IMG/VR virus record: IMGVR_UViG_3300032261_000046
Location: 1-32,902 of that record
DNA length: 32,902 nt
Strand: one strand, 5' to 3'
DNA from: a virus
Lineage: Duplodnaviria > Caudoviricetes
The position numbers and the translations under genes were made by a program. Under the pieces are notes generated by a model. It worked only from the letters and a program-made list of their open reading frames with translations, did no database searches and was not told the DNA's origin. Numbering within the stretch: position 1 is the stretch's first letter; each line of letters starts with the position of its first letter. This document shows positions 1-8,219 of this stretch, in pieces.

Positions 1-173
1 AGGACGTCCTGGCCGACTTCCTGGCCGACTGCTGCGTTTCACATCTTGCCAATGAATGCCTCTTCGACAAGGTCCGGGTCAGAGCCACCGAGCTCTATGT
101 CCGGTACCAGGACTGGTGCAAGGAGAGCGGAGAGAAAGATGTCCTCTCCAAGAGGCTCTTCGGACAAGAACTT
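1..173 (+). repeat. Terminal direct repeat, left copy (circularisation overlap)
   Basis: Matches 32719-32902 except an 11-nt insertion (32845-32855) and one substitution (G138 vs T32867). Confidence 0.97.
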
Positions 174-290
174 AGTGATCGCGGGTACACGCTCATCCCC
201 TCGAATGGCGTTCATTATCGCTACGGCCTGGAGCTAAAGGACAGAGACGAAAGGGGTAAGGTCGAAGACCTGGATCCCGGCCCGGCCTAG
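3..290 (+). CDS. C-terminal winged-helix portion of the primase-helicase (continues 30600.. across the join)
   Basis: Frame 3 reads DVLADFLADCC...ELYVRYQDWCKESGEKDVLSKRLFGQELSDRGY...NGVHYRYGLEL...stop, the typical C-terminus of P4/D5 primases; not in the ORF track. Confidence 0.88.
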   Translation, partial: DVLADFLADCCVSHLANECLFDKVRVRATELYVRYQDWCKESGEKDVLSKRLFGQELSDRGYTLIPSNGVHYRYGLELKDRDERGKVEDLDPGPA

Positions 291-297
291 CCGCGGC

Positions 298-436
298 AGT
301 GCGCAACTCCTCGAAAGTGCGCAACTTTTTGGGTTTTGCCATTGAACTTCAAATACTGAAAAACAAACGCACTTTCGAAAAAGTTGCGCACTTTCGGGGT
401 ACTTGCGCACTGTCACAAAAGTGCGCAAGTGCGCAA
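298..436. promoter_or_regulatory. Putative replication origin with AGTGCGCAA iterons
   Basis: AGTGCGCAA at 298, 316, 420, 428 and inverted at 384, 403; perfect 19-bp inverted repeat 312-330/378-396 around an AT-rich spacer, just after the primase stop. Confidence 0.75.
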
Positions 437-548
437 TTATTGGATTTTACCTTCGACTCTATAGGCCCTTTTTGGCCTTGGCGCAACCTCGCCAAAGGAA
501 ACGCGAGACGGCCGCGGCCGGGGGCTCCCGTTGACTCCCCAGGCGCGC

Positions 549-593
549 AAAAAAACCGCCCTTGGGGCGAAGGTTCAAATCCCCCAAGGACGG
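549..593 (-). terminator. Intrinsic terminator downstream of the attP tRNA fragment
   Basis: Minus strand: CCGTCCTTGGGG-loop-CCCCAAGGGCGG then T7. Confidence 0.7.
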
Positions 594-697
594 CCAGGAA
601 CCCGCGTTGTCATGGCCAACCGTACACAGTCTTGCGATTGCGTCAAGCCGACCTGACCCTCGCCGGTTGCACCGAGGCCGGCCCAAAGGGTCGGCCA

Positions 698-739
698 CGC
701 GCCCGGTAGGATTCGAACCTACAACCTTCGGATTCGAAG
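698..739 (-). other. attP core: 3' half of tRNA-Arg(UCG)
   Basis: Minus strand CTTCGAA-TCCGA-AGGTT-GTAGG-TTCGAAT-CCTAC-CGGGCGC-G gives anticodon loop, 3' anticodon stem, T-arm and acceptor strand; 5' half absent; next to the integrase. Confidence 0.88.
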
Positions 740-826
740 GCCCTGCGTTGATTGCTGACATCATGCACGGCAGCGGCGCCGTGCTGGATGTACGTCTCCC
801 CAGGCAATCCCGCCCGGGGGAGACCA

Positions 827-1747
827 ATGATGCGAAATTGCAACTGGAAGGTGTTCTCGGACAACGTCCTGGGGATGTATGTCCCATCTATCCGTAGGCC
901 GGCAACCGCCAGGAAGATGCGGCAGGTGCTCGAGGAGTTCGGGGAGCTCGTCAGAGGGCCGGCGGAGCTGACGCCGGCGACCATCGCCAGGTGGATCCAG
1001 CTCCACCCCGAACGCAGGCCGGAGACCGTCTGCGCACTGCTGAGAAGCCTCCGCGCTGCTTGCGTTTACGGGGCGCGTTTTGGGGAACTCGAGGCCAACC
1101 CGTTCGACTGGCGGAAGCCCCACGAGTGGGTCGATTGGGACGTGCCCGAGCTGCCCCCGCCGGTGCATTCCGAGCACGAGGTCGCGGCGGTGCTCCAGAG
1201 GGCTGACCTCGAGGCCCAGGGCGGCGACTGGAAGGCCGCGAGGTTGCGGGCGGTCGTTTACGGCTTCGCCTACACCGGGGCCAGGAAGCGGGAGGTGCTG
1301 GCGCTCAGGACCCAGGACGTGGACCTCTTGCGGGGATTGCTTTCAATCCGGACTAACACCCGCCGTCGGCTCAAGACGAGGTCCTCCGCGGCGCAGATCG
1401 CCGTGCCGGAGGTCCTCGCCCGGGTCCTCGAAAGCTGGATCCCGCGGACCTGGTCGGAGTGGCTCTTTCCCGGAGTCGAGCGGAAGGGCCCCTGGCTCGA
1501 AGGACCGCCAGGCGAGAAGCCCCTCGACCAGGTCAAGGCCCTGGGCCTGCGCGCGGGGGTCGAGGGCTTCACCATCCTCAGCCTGCGGCACTCGTTCGCG
1601 AGCTGCGCGGAGGGATGGCAGATCGGCGAGCTGGCGCTCCAGCGACAGCTCCGCCATACCCGGATCCGGACCCAGCTCGCCTATCGGCACCCACTGCCGG
1701 AGGTCCTGCGCGATGTAGGAGCAAAGGTCCGTTACTTGGTGTCTTGA
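827..1747 (+). CDS. int: Tyrosine integrase (compact, XerC-like)
   Basis: YTGARKRE box I, LKT, LSLRHSF, LRH...LAY; GGGGGAG before ATG 827 (start uncertain, track starts at 752). Confidence 0.9.
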   Translation: MMRNCNWKVFSDNVLGMYVPSIRRPATARKMRQVLEEFGELVRGPAELTPATIARWIQLHPERRPETVCALLRSLRAACVYGARFGELEANPFDWRKPHEWVDWDVPELPPPVHSEHEVAAVLQRADLEAQGGDWKAARLRAVVYGFAYTGARKREVLALRTQDVDLLRGLLSIRTNTRRRLKTRSSAAQIAVPEVLARVLESWIPRTWSEWLFPGVERKGPWLEGPPGEKPLDQVKALGLRAGVEGFTILSLRHSFASCAEGWQIGELALQRQLRHTRIRTQLAYRHPLPEVLRDVGAKVRYLVS

Positions 1748-1781
1748 CGTAATCAACGTGAATAGAGATATTTGCGCCTGG

Positions 1782-1796
1782 CAACCTTCGGATTCG
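1782..1796 (+). repeat. 15-bp direct repeat of the attP core (CAACCTTCGGATTCG)
   Basis: Identical to 722-736. Confidence 0.9.
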
Positions 1797-1813
1797 TCGC
1801 GAAAGGAGGGGTG

Positions 1814-2086
1814 ATGGCGATTCGGACTCCGACCACCATTTCCATTGGCCGATTGCAGACGCTCGTTGACAACGAGCCTCTGACCTTCGAGCGCACCGGC
1901 AACCGTTACCGGATGACGGGAGGGGGGCTCGGCCGGGAGTGGACCGGCGCGACCCTTGCCGCCTGCATGGGCCAATGGCTGGCGAGCATGTCCAAGGCGA
2001 AGAGATCCACCAGTGGAACCGCGACGCGGAAGGGAACGTTGCGGACTACCGCCAAGGCCACCGTCACCGCTGGAACCCGGAAATGA
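1814..2086 (+). CDS. Hypothetical protein with basic Thr/Lys/Arg-rich tail (90 aa)
   Basis: Strong RBS AAAGGAGGG before ATG; followed by a terminator. Confidence 0.75.
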   Translation: MAIRTPTTISIGRLQTLVDNEPLTFERTGNRYRMTGGGLGREWTGATLAACMGQWLASMSKAKRSTSGTATRKGTLRTTAKATVTAGTRK

Positions 2087-2088
2087 AG

Positions 2089-2134
2089 AGGACCCGGCGC
2101 GGGGCCACTCCCCCGCGCCGGGTCCTTGTGTTTT
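2089..2134 (+). terminator. Intrinsic terminator between convergent genes
   Basis: Perfect 16-bp stem 2089-2104/2111-2126 followed by TGTGTTTT. Confidence 0.85.
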
Positions 2135-2148
2135 CACGATGCTTTGAG

Positions 2149-2442
2149 TCAGGAGACGACGAGGTCTCGCTGGGCCAGGCGGGCGAGCCGCTCGAGGATT
2201 GCGACCTGGGCCATGTCCCGAGCGAAGATCACGCGCTCGCTCGGCTGCGGTGCCGAGTAGTTGCCGCCGGCGTCGAGCTTGCGGAGTTCGCAGAGGACCT
2301 CCGGGGCGAGCTTCAGGAACCGGGCGTCCTGGAGGTTGTCCTCGGCCGTGGCCTCGATGGCGTCGTGGTCAGGCTCCGCTGCGGACGGCTCAGGCTGCGT
2401 CTGGGGCATGGCGAGGGCCGGCGGGGGGTTCAGGTGGGTCAT
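2149..2442 (-). CDS. Hypothetical protein (start uncertain)
   Basis: Protein-like helical sequence ending at the shared terminator. Confidence 0.55.
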   Translation of the reverse strand: MTHLNPPPALAMPQTQPEPSAAEPDHDAIEATAEDNLQDARFLKLAPEVLCELRKLDAGGNYSAPQPSERVIFARDMAQVAILERLARLAQRDLVVS

Positions 2443-2493
2443 GGGGCGTCGGGCCTCGAGCGGGCGTCTGGAGGGCCTGGCGGGGGAGCTGGT

Positions 2494-2712
2494 ATGGACA
2501 GCGAGGCTTGGAATCGGTTCGAGAAGATGGCCAGCCAATATCCTGCTGATGCAAGGGATCGGCTGTTGCAGCATTACCTTGCGGGACTAATGATGGGCAG
2601 GATTCAGGTGCGATTCGAAGCCGAAGTCTTCAGGCTCTATCGAGAGTTGCTGGCCAGTGGCGAGAGGCAGGTAACACAGTCCTGGAGGCCGACGATGCGG
2701 GCCTGGTGGTAG
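2494..2712 (+). CDS. Possible small counter-oriented hypothetical protein (72 aa)
   Basis: GGGGGAG RBS, ATG 2494, locally lower GC; overlaps the end of the convergent gene by 76 nt. Confidence 0.4.
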   Translation: MDSEAWNRFEKMASQYPADARDRLLQHYLAGLMMGRIQVRFEAEVFRLYRELLASGERQVTQSWRPTMRAWW

Positions 2713-2999
2713 CAGTGGGTCCCCGAACAGCCGCACCCCTCGTGCGAGGAATACCAGCACCGGCGGAACCCGAGCCGGGTCGCGCGGAGCGACTGGGCGA
2801 GCGGGATCCGCGCGGGGGGTCGTGCGGGAGCTGGGGCGGGAGGTTCGCCCGTGGCCAGCGAGAACACGAGCCGCCGGTAGGCTTCACGCGACTCGAGGTC
2901 GGGGTTGGCGTCCGAGCAGAGCCAGCGGTAACGCTCGTGGCGAAACTCGCCGGTGCGGCTGCGTTCGATGGCGATCTCGACCGCTTGGTCGAGGGTCAT
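2637..2999 (-). CDS. Hypothetical protein with Cys-rich C-terminus
   Basis: ATGA overlap with upstream stop; C..CGC..C..CVTC cluster. Confidence 0.75.
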   Translation of the reverse strand: MTLDQAVEIAIERSRTGEFRHERYRWLCSDANPDLESREAYRRLVFSLATGEPPAPAPARPPARIPLAQSLRATRLGFRRCWYSSHEGCGCSGTHCYHQARIVGLQDCVTCLSPLASNSR

Positions 3000-3988
3000 T
3001 CGCTGACGCTCCACGGCCCATTGAAGATGGCGTCGAGTCCGGTTAGCCCCGTCATCGTGCCGCTGGCCGAGTACCCGGGGGGACAGGTCTCGCTCGTCGG
3101 GCTGCTAGCGGCGGTGGTCGCGAGGAAACAAGTACAGCCGCCGCAGGTGTAGGTGCCGCTCGCGCAATTCGTCCAGGTTCCCCCCGAGTAGGTCAAGGGT
3201 GTGAACAGGTACTGGTAGACGACCCCGGTGCCGCCAGGGGTGTAGTTGATCAGAAGGGGCACGCTTCCGGCGACCGTGCCTCCGTGGCAGTTATCCACGG
3301 TGTGGCTGAAGTAAACGCACCCCTGATAGATACACCCTGAAACCCAGCTCACCGTGAAAGTGCCGACGGGCGTGGTGATCGTCAGCGAGGTAGGCCAGGC
3401 GTCGCCGCAGATTTGGCAGCCATCTGGCCCGCAGGTATAGCCCGTCGCTGGCGTGAGGGTGATGGCCGCACCATTCCCCGAACAGGGGCCGGTGACGGTG
3501 ACGCTGCTGGTGCCGGTGTTGAATCGAGTCTTCGACGCGGTCCAGGTGTAGGTGCCGGCGGGAGCTGCGATCGTCGGCGTGTAGCCTGAAGAATTGGTCG
3601 TATACGACCCGCCGTTGAACGTGACCGTCGCGCCCTGAAGACCGAGCGAGACGTCGCAGCCAATGACGTGGATTGTCACTCCGCCCGCGCCGGTGTACGC
3701 ATAGAGCGTGACGTTCGTGGTGCCCGGGCAGGTCAGCGAGACGTCCTGGTTGCTGCCGTTGTATCCGGTCTTCGTGACCGCGACGTTGTAGGTCCCGGAT
3801 GCCGGGACGGTGACGCAGCACTGGCCGCTGGCGTTGGTGGTGCAGGTGCCGATCGTGGTCGCGCCCTGCTTCACCGTGACGGTAGCGCCCGAGACGGCAG
3901 CGCCATTGCAGTCGAGGACCGTCACGCATATCTGACAGCCGGAGCAATTACAGCAGCCGCCTGGACTGAGGAAGATGGATCCAGCCAT
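2996..3988 (-). CDS. Cys-rich distal tail protein with two carboxypeptidase-regulatory-like (Ig-like) domains
   Basis: Two repeats of GATVT...TT..SG......GTY.....KT; about 23 Cys in 330 aa; coupled to neighbours. Confidence 0.75.
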   Translation of the reverse strand: MAGSIFLSPGGCCNCSGCQICVTVLDCNGAAVSGATVTVKQGATTIGTCTTNASGQCCVTVPASGTYNVAVTKTGYNGSNQDVSLTCPGTTNVTLYAYTGAGGVTIHVIGCDVSLGLQGATVTFNGGSYTTNSSGYTPTIAAPAGTYTWTASKTRFNTGTSSVTVTGPCSGNGAAITLTPATGYTCGPDGCQICGDAWPTSLTITTPVGTFTVSWVSGCIYQGCVYFSHTVDNCHGGTVAGSVPLLINYTPGGTGVVYQYLFTPLTYSGGTWTNCASGTYTCGGCTCFLATTAASSPTSETCPPGYSASGTMTGLTGLDAIFNGPWSVSE

Positions 3989-4377
3989 CAGCAGTCCGCC
4001 GCAATCAGCCAGTAATTGCCGTCGATCCAGGCGACCTTGATCGTCTTGCTCACGGCGATCGGGGCGGAGAGGCCGTGGTCGTTGCAGACCGTCACGTTCA
4101 CGAAGTCGGGATTGGTCTCAATGGTGCTGGTCATCGCGGCGGGATCCCAGCGGTAGAGCGTCGCCTGGCCGGCGGTGCTGGGAGCGCCGATCGACCCGGT
4201 GGGGATGGCCGTCGTCACCGTGGCCCGGAAGATGGTGCCGTAACCAGGCGCGTACGCGGCACCAGCCGCCCCGTGCCAGTAGGGGGTCTTCTCCACCCGC
4301 CGCACCGCGTCGGCGATCCGCTTCGCGACCGGCTTGGTGAACGTGACGGGTGCCTTGGGCCTCGAATCGATGCCCAT
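3988..4377 (-). CDS. Minor tail protein (hypothetical)
   Basis: TGATG-coupled both sides; N-terminal helix KRIADAVRRVE plus beta-rich C-terminus. Confidence 0.7.
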   Translation of the reverse strand: MGIDSRPKAPVTFTKPVAKRIADAVRRVEKTPYWHGAAGAAYAPGYGTIFRATVTTAIPTGSIGAPSTAGQATLYRWDPAAMTSTIETNPDFVNVTVCNDHGLSAPIAVSKTIKVAWIDGNYWLIAADC

Positions 4378-5345
4378 CAGGAGCCGCCCGCTCCTGGGAC
4401 CGACTTGTAGTTCAGGATGTCCTTGTCGATGTTCAGCTTGTCGAAGTCGGCGGACGGGTAGATCTGGAAGTCGATGTAGTGCGGCTGACCCGCCGCACCC
4501 ACGTAGCGCCCGCCCGTCGTCAGCATCACGGGGCTGGTGACGGGGGTGTTGTTGATCATGATCTGGGCAGGGTTGCCGTTGATGTCGATCTGGCGGAGGC
4601 CCGCGTTGAGCACGGTCTCAAACCAGCCGTTGACGAGGATGTTCCCGCTGGCGTCGATCTGGTACTCGCGGATCTCGAACTCGTAGGTGACCTCGGCGTA
4701 GTATCCGTAGTCCGCGTGGTAGACCTTGTCGGCCGTGATGTCGTGGCACTTCACGGTGTTGGGGTCATACCCCAGGAAGGGCCCGGCGTTGACGTGGTCC
4801 TTGAAGGTCTGGGCGAGGCTGGCGTCGAACGAGGGCTCGTTGCGGGTGATGGTGAGGAGCGGCCTCGAGTCGTCGCGCTTCAGCGGCGGGTCGAAGGGGT
4901 CGTTGACGGTGTTCGTGATCGGGTTGCCGAGCGCGTCCTTGATGCAGAACCGCTCGAACTTGTTGGAGCCCCAGTGGACCTTGGGCGGGACGGCGAAGGG
5001 GTCGAAGCGGCCGTCGCTCGCGGCCTCGGTGGTGGCTCCGCCCTGGGAGGTCCAGTCGAAGGGGCCGTACTGGAGCGTGACCTTCCACTGCTTGCCGTCC
5101 TCGGCCTCCTCGCTGCAATCCATCGACTGGATGAACGACGCATAATCCCACTCGACGGCCGTGGTGGTGAGGGGGAAGCGGTAGAAGTCGCCGTTGCGCA
5201 GGCCGAGCCCCCGCAGGACCGCGCGCGGTCCCATGTTGGGGTCGTCGGTCAGGACCCGCAGCTCGAGCTTGTACTGCCTGCCGGACTGGCCGCTCCAGGA
5301 GATGGACCGGCCACCCTTGAGGTCGTAGATGGCGAGGATGTTCAT
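4377..5345 (-). CDS. Putative tail tip/hub protein
   Basis: 322 aa, strong GC3 bias, first gene after the tape measure; function from position only. Confidence 0.65.
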   Translation of the reverse strand: MNILAIYDLKGGRSISWSGQSGRQYKLELRVLTDDPNMGPRAVLRGLGLRNGDFYRFPLTTTAVEWDYASFIQSMDCSEEAEDGKQWKVTLQYGPFDWTSQGGATTEAASDGRFDPFAVPPKVHWGSNKFERFCIKDALGNPITNTVNDPFDPPLKRDDSRPLLTITRNEPSFDASLAQTFKDHVNAGPFLGYDPNTVKCHDITADKVYHADYGYYAEVTYEFEIREYQIDASGNILVNGWFETVLNAGLRQIDINGNPAQIMINNTPVTSPVMLTTGGRYVGAAGQPHYIDFQIYPSADFDKLNIDKDILNYKSVPGAGGS

Positions 5346-5354
5346 ACGGGGGGA

Positions 5355-5463
5355 AGTGGCTAGGGGCTAGTGGCTAGTGGCTAGTGAAGAGGGGAGCGGA
5401 GGGGCAGAGTTGAGGCGTGTGGCTTTGCATTTACTAGCCACTCGCCACTAGCCACTCGCCACT
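5355..5463. repeat. Inverted pair of AGTGGC(T/G) heptamer arrays
   Basis: AGTGGCT-type array 5355-5386 and reverse-complement array 5433-5463. Confidence 0.9.
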
Positions 5464-6880
5464 ACAGAGTGTTGATGGCTTCGTAACCCATGTCGCCGCC
5501 GTCGCTGGCCAGCGTCTCCGTGGCGGTGGCGATCCGCTCGAGGGCGGCGACGGTCTTCTCGCTGTTGGCGGCGACCTTTTGCATGTCCTTCTCGGAGCCG
5601 ATGCCGTACTTGCTGCGGAGGATGGTCGAGGCCGCTTCCTTGGTGCCGACTCCCATCGCCTCGGCGAACTCCTTCTTGGGGTTCTTGACCTTCTTGTCGG
5701 TGACGTTGACGTGGGAGCCCAGGGCTGCGTTCATGATGCTCTGGCGGTCGCCGGCGATCTTCTGCTTCGCCTTCTCGAAGGCGGCGTTGATCCCTTCCGA
5801 GGACCAGGGCTTGGCCCAGTCCTTCTTGAGGTCGGCGAACTCCTGCTGGGCGGTATTGTGGAGGTCGTCGCCCCAGGTCTCGAGGAAGTCACTCAGCCCC
5901 GTGGACTTGCCGGTCATCTTCTCGACGAAGTAGTCGAGCCGCTGGGCGAGGAAGTTGAGGCCGTCGACGATGTACCCGATCCCTGACGTGACGATCGCGC
6001 GGAACCCGTGAAAGGCAGCGCCCACCACTTGCCAGGTGTCGGCGATGAAGCCGATCGCACGCTGGAGAAAGCCCATTGAGTCCACGGTGCCCTTGATGGA
6101 CTCGAGCGAGGACTGGCCCCACTCCTTGGTGGATCCACTGAGGTCGTCCCACCACTGCTTGGCGGCGACGACGGCGGTGTTTAGCTCGGCGAAGAACGGC
6201 TCGACGACCTCGGGGAGGGTCTGGCCGATCAGGATCTCGATCTGCTCGATGCGGCCGCGCAGCGAGTCCCAGCTCGCGCCTGAGTCCATCGCCCGCTGGT
6301 CCATCGTGGCGATGATGTCGGCACCGCCCGACATGAGGGCGTTGAAGCGCTCCTGAGTGCTCATCGTGGCGGAGACGTTGATGCCGAATTCCTTCACGCC
6401 CTTGGCCTTCCCCATGAGTCCCATCTGGATCCGGCCGAGGGCCTCCTCGAACTTGATCCCCTTGAACTGGGCGATGGCCTGGGTGAGGGTTAGGAGCTGG
6501 GTTGTCATGCCGGCCGCTTCATCCTCGGAGGTCCCCATCGCCTTGAAGATGCCGCCGAGCTTCGTGGCGGCGGAGGTGAAGGTGATCTCGCTGACGCCGA
6601 ACGCGGCGTTCATCTTCTCGGCCTGCTCGACGATGGTGCCGGAGGCGTCCCCAAACATCGTCTGGAGGCGCTCGACGTTGTCGGAGAGGTCGTCGGCGAG
6701 GCCTGCGAAGTGCCCCAGGGCCGCGACGCCGGCGCCGGCGAAGCTGCCCGCGATGAGGGAACCCACGCCGCCGAGGCTCTTGACGAAGCCGCCCACCATG
6801 CCCTGGGCCTGCTGAAAGCCCTTGGCGAGCTTCTCCGTCGCTGCGGTCATCGCGATGTTGATGGTGCCGATGAGGGCCAC
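5462..6880 (-). CDS. Tape measure protein (short, 472 aa)
   Basis: N-terminus MALIGTINIAMTA, Ala/Gly-rich helical, downstream of the tail chaperones. Confidence 0.88.
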   Translation of the reverse strand: MALIGTINIAMTAATEKLAKGFQQAQGMVGGFVKSLGGVGSLIAGSFAGAGVAALGHFAGLADDLSDNVERLQTMFGDASGTIVEQAEKMNAAFGVSEITFTSAATKLGGIFKAMGTSEDEAAGMTTQLLTLTQAIAQFKGIKFEEALGRIQMGLMGKAKGVKEFGINVSATMSTQERFNALMSGGADIIATMDQRAMDSGASWDSLRGRIEQIEILIGQTLPEVVEPFFAELNTAVVAAKQWWDDLSGSTKEWGQSSLESIKGTVDSMGFLQRAIGFIADTWQVVGAAFHGFRAIVTSGIGYIVDGLNFLAQRLDYFVEKMTGKSTGLSDFLETWGDDLHNTAQQEFADLKKDWAKPWSSEGINAAFEKAKQKIAGDRQSIMNAALGSHVNVTDKKVKNPKKEFAEAMGVGTKEAASTILRSKYGIGSEKDMQKVAANSEKTVAALERIATATETLASDGGDMGYEAINTL

Positions 6881-6909
6881 TGGCTAAACTCTGCTTCGGG
6901 GGGTGAACG

Positions 6910-7155
6910 ATGCGAACTGAGGACTTTTTCCGGAAGGCAACGCCGGGGCGGATGGCCCCGTTGGTGGTCTACTCCGAGGACAGGAAGAACGTGCGGATCG
7001 TCTGGAGCCTCGACGATGGCGACCTGGTGCTCCATTGCCCGGCCGAGATCGCCGAATCGCGGTGTCGCGACATAGTGGCTCGGATAGACAAGATCCGGCG
7101 GGCGAGCTGCCTGCTCGATCTGCTTAATGCGTTCGAAGTACTCGAAGAGCTCTAG
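6910..7155 (+). CDS. Counter-oriented hypothetical protein in the tail operon (81 aa)
   Basis: Fills the gap exactly; GGGGGTG before ATG; stop overlaps the convergent stop in CTAG 7152-7155. Confidence 0.55.
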   Translation: MRTEDFFRKATPGRMAPLVVYSEDRKNVRIVWSLDDGDLVLHCPAEIAESRCRDIVARIDKIRRASCLLDLLNAFEVLEEL

Positions 7156-7574
7156 CGCTTCTCCGCCTCGCGGAGGGTTCCGTCGAGCATCTCTTGCATG
7201 GTCCTGTCGCGGGCCTCTGGCCCCTTGCCGTCGTAAGCCGGGCGCATGAAGGCTTGACCCGGGGTCCACTCGACCACGGCGGGGTAGAACACCTTCTTCC
7301 CCTCGGCCGAGGTTTTGGTCAGACCTTCGGCGTTGCCGACCTGGACGTTGAGGCCGACGCGGCTGCGGGACCGCTTCATCGCCTTCAGCTTCAGGTGCTC
7401 CTTGGTGAGTCCGGTGAGGACTGGCACCCTTGCCTGGGCGTCGGCGAGGACGAGCTTCATGCCCTTGCGCATGGCGGAGCGGAGGACCTTCTTCTGGATC
7501 CTGGGGAGCAGACTCTTGAGCCTGCGGTCGATCTCCTTGTCGCCCGTGATGACGACCAGGCCGCTCTTAGCCAC
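7152..7574 (-). CDS. HK97 gp10-like tail completion protein
   Basis: G.KE...L..L, A+VPV.TG.., VE....P.Q.FMRPA.D motifs. Confidence 0.85.
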   Translation of the reverse strand: MAKSGLVVITGDKEIDRRLKSLLPRIQKKVLRSAMRKGMKLVLADAQARVPVLTGLTKEHLKLKAMKRSRSRVGLNVQVGNAEGLTKTSAEGKKVFYPAVVEWTPGQAFMRPAYDGKGPEARDRTMQEMLDGTLREAEKR

Positions 7575-7878
7575 CGAACATCTCCTTGACCGCCTCGACC
7601 GATTCCTCGGGGGAAAGCCGCTCTTGCCTGGAGGCGTGGCGCGGGCGGGGGATGAATTCCTCGGTCTCGCGCCGCCGCCTCGACCAGGTGTTTGCCGTCA
7701 CGGCGCAGATCTGCGCCCCGATCCAGTAGGGGTCGGCGAGCGGCTCGAGCTGGAAGTAGGCCAGAAGCTCGGACCACTCGGCGGAGTCCAGGGTGTCCTC
7801 CAGCTCGCCAGGCGTGCGGCCGATGGCCGTGGCGTAGCGGATGAAAAGCCGGCGTTCCGGCCGGCTCAGGAGTTTCCC
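7567..7878 (-). CDS. Tail assembly chaperone gpT-like extension (via -1 frameshift)
   Basis: -1 frame from GGGAAAC reads GKLLSRPERRLFIRYATAIGRTPGELEDTLDSAEWSELLAYFQLEP...EMFGG-stop; has no start codon of its own at the 5' end. Confidence 0.85.
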   Translation of the reverse strand, partial: GKLLSRPERRLFIRYATAIGRTPGELEDTLDSAEWSELLAYFQLEPLADPYWIGAQICAVTANTWSRRRRETEEFIPRPRHASRQERLSPEESVEAVKEMFGG

Positions 7879-8201
7879 TTGAGGTCCTCGATGGCCTGCG
7901 AGGACAACTGGTTGACCTCGACCGCCGCCTGCACGATCGGCTCGAGCACGGAGGCGGGCAGAGCCGACAGGGCCGGGATGTCACCAGGCCCGAACAGGAG
8001 CTGGCCCACGGCGTCGCACACCGTGGCCGCTGCGAGCCGCGCGCGGAAGTCTTTGTCCTTCGATTTCGTGTGCGCGACCTCGAAGGCGTCGCGCTCGCCT
8101 GCGGTCATGGCCTTGATGCCGACCTCGCCGCCGAGCTCGGCGACGTTGACCACGCGCACCTTGGGGGCGCGCGCGGCGAGGATCTCTGCTTTCGAGAGCA
8201 T
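7866..8201 (-). CDS. Tail assembly chaperone gpG-like (111 aa)
   Basis: MLSKAEILAA...ELGGEV.IKAMTAGERDAFE; GGAG RBS; ends in a slippery heptamer (7872-7878). Confidence 0.88.
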   Translation of the reverse strand: MLSKAEILAARAPKVRVVNVAELGGEVGIKAMTAGERDAFEVAHTKSKDKDFRARLAAATVCDAVGQLLFGPGDIPALSALPASVLEPIVQAAVEVNQLSSQAIEDLKGNS

Positions 8202-8219
8202 TGGAACTCCAGGAAATGA

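Noticed and set aside
298-436. CRISPR array
   Set aside because: Repeats are 9 bp, in mixed orientation and irregularly spaced; no cas genes
560-590. Second tRNA fragment (GGTTCAAATCC T-loop-like)
   Set aside because: Flanks do not form a T-arm or acceptor stem; better explained as the loop of a minus-strand terminator
698-739. Functional tRNA gene
   Set aside because: No D-arm or 5' acceptor strand, and the 5' anticodon stem does not pair; it is an att fragment
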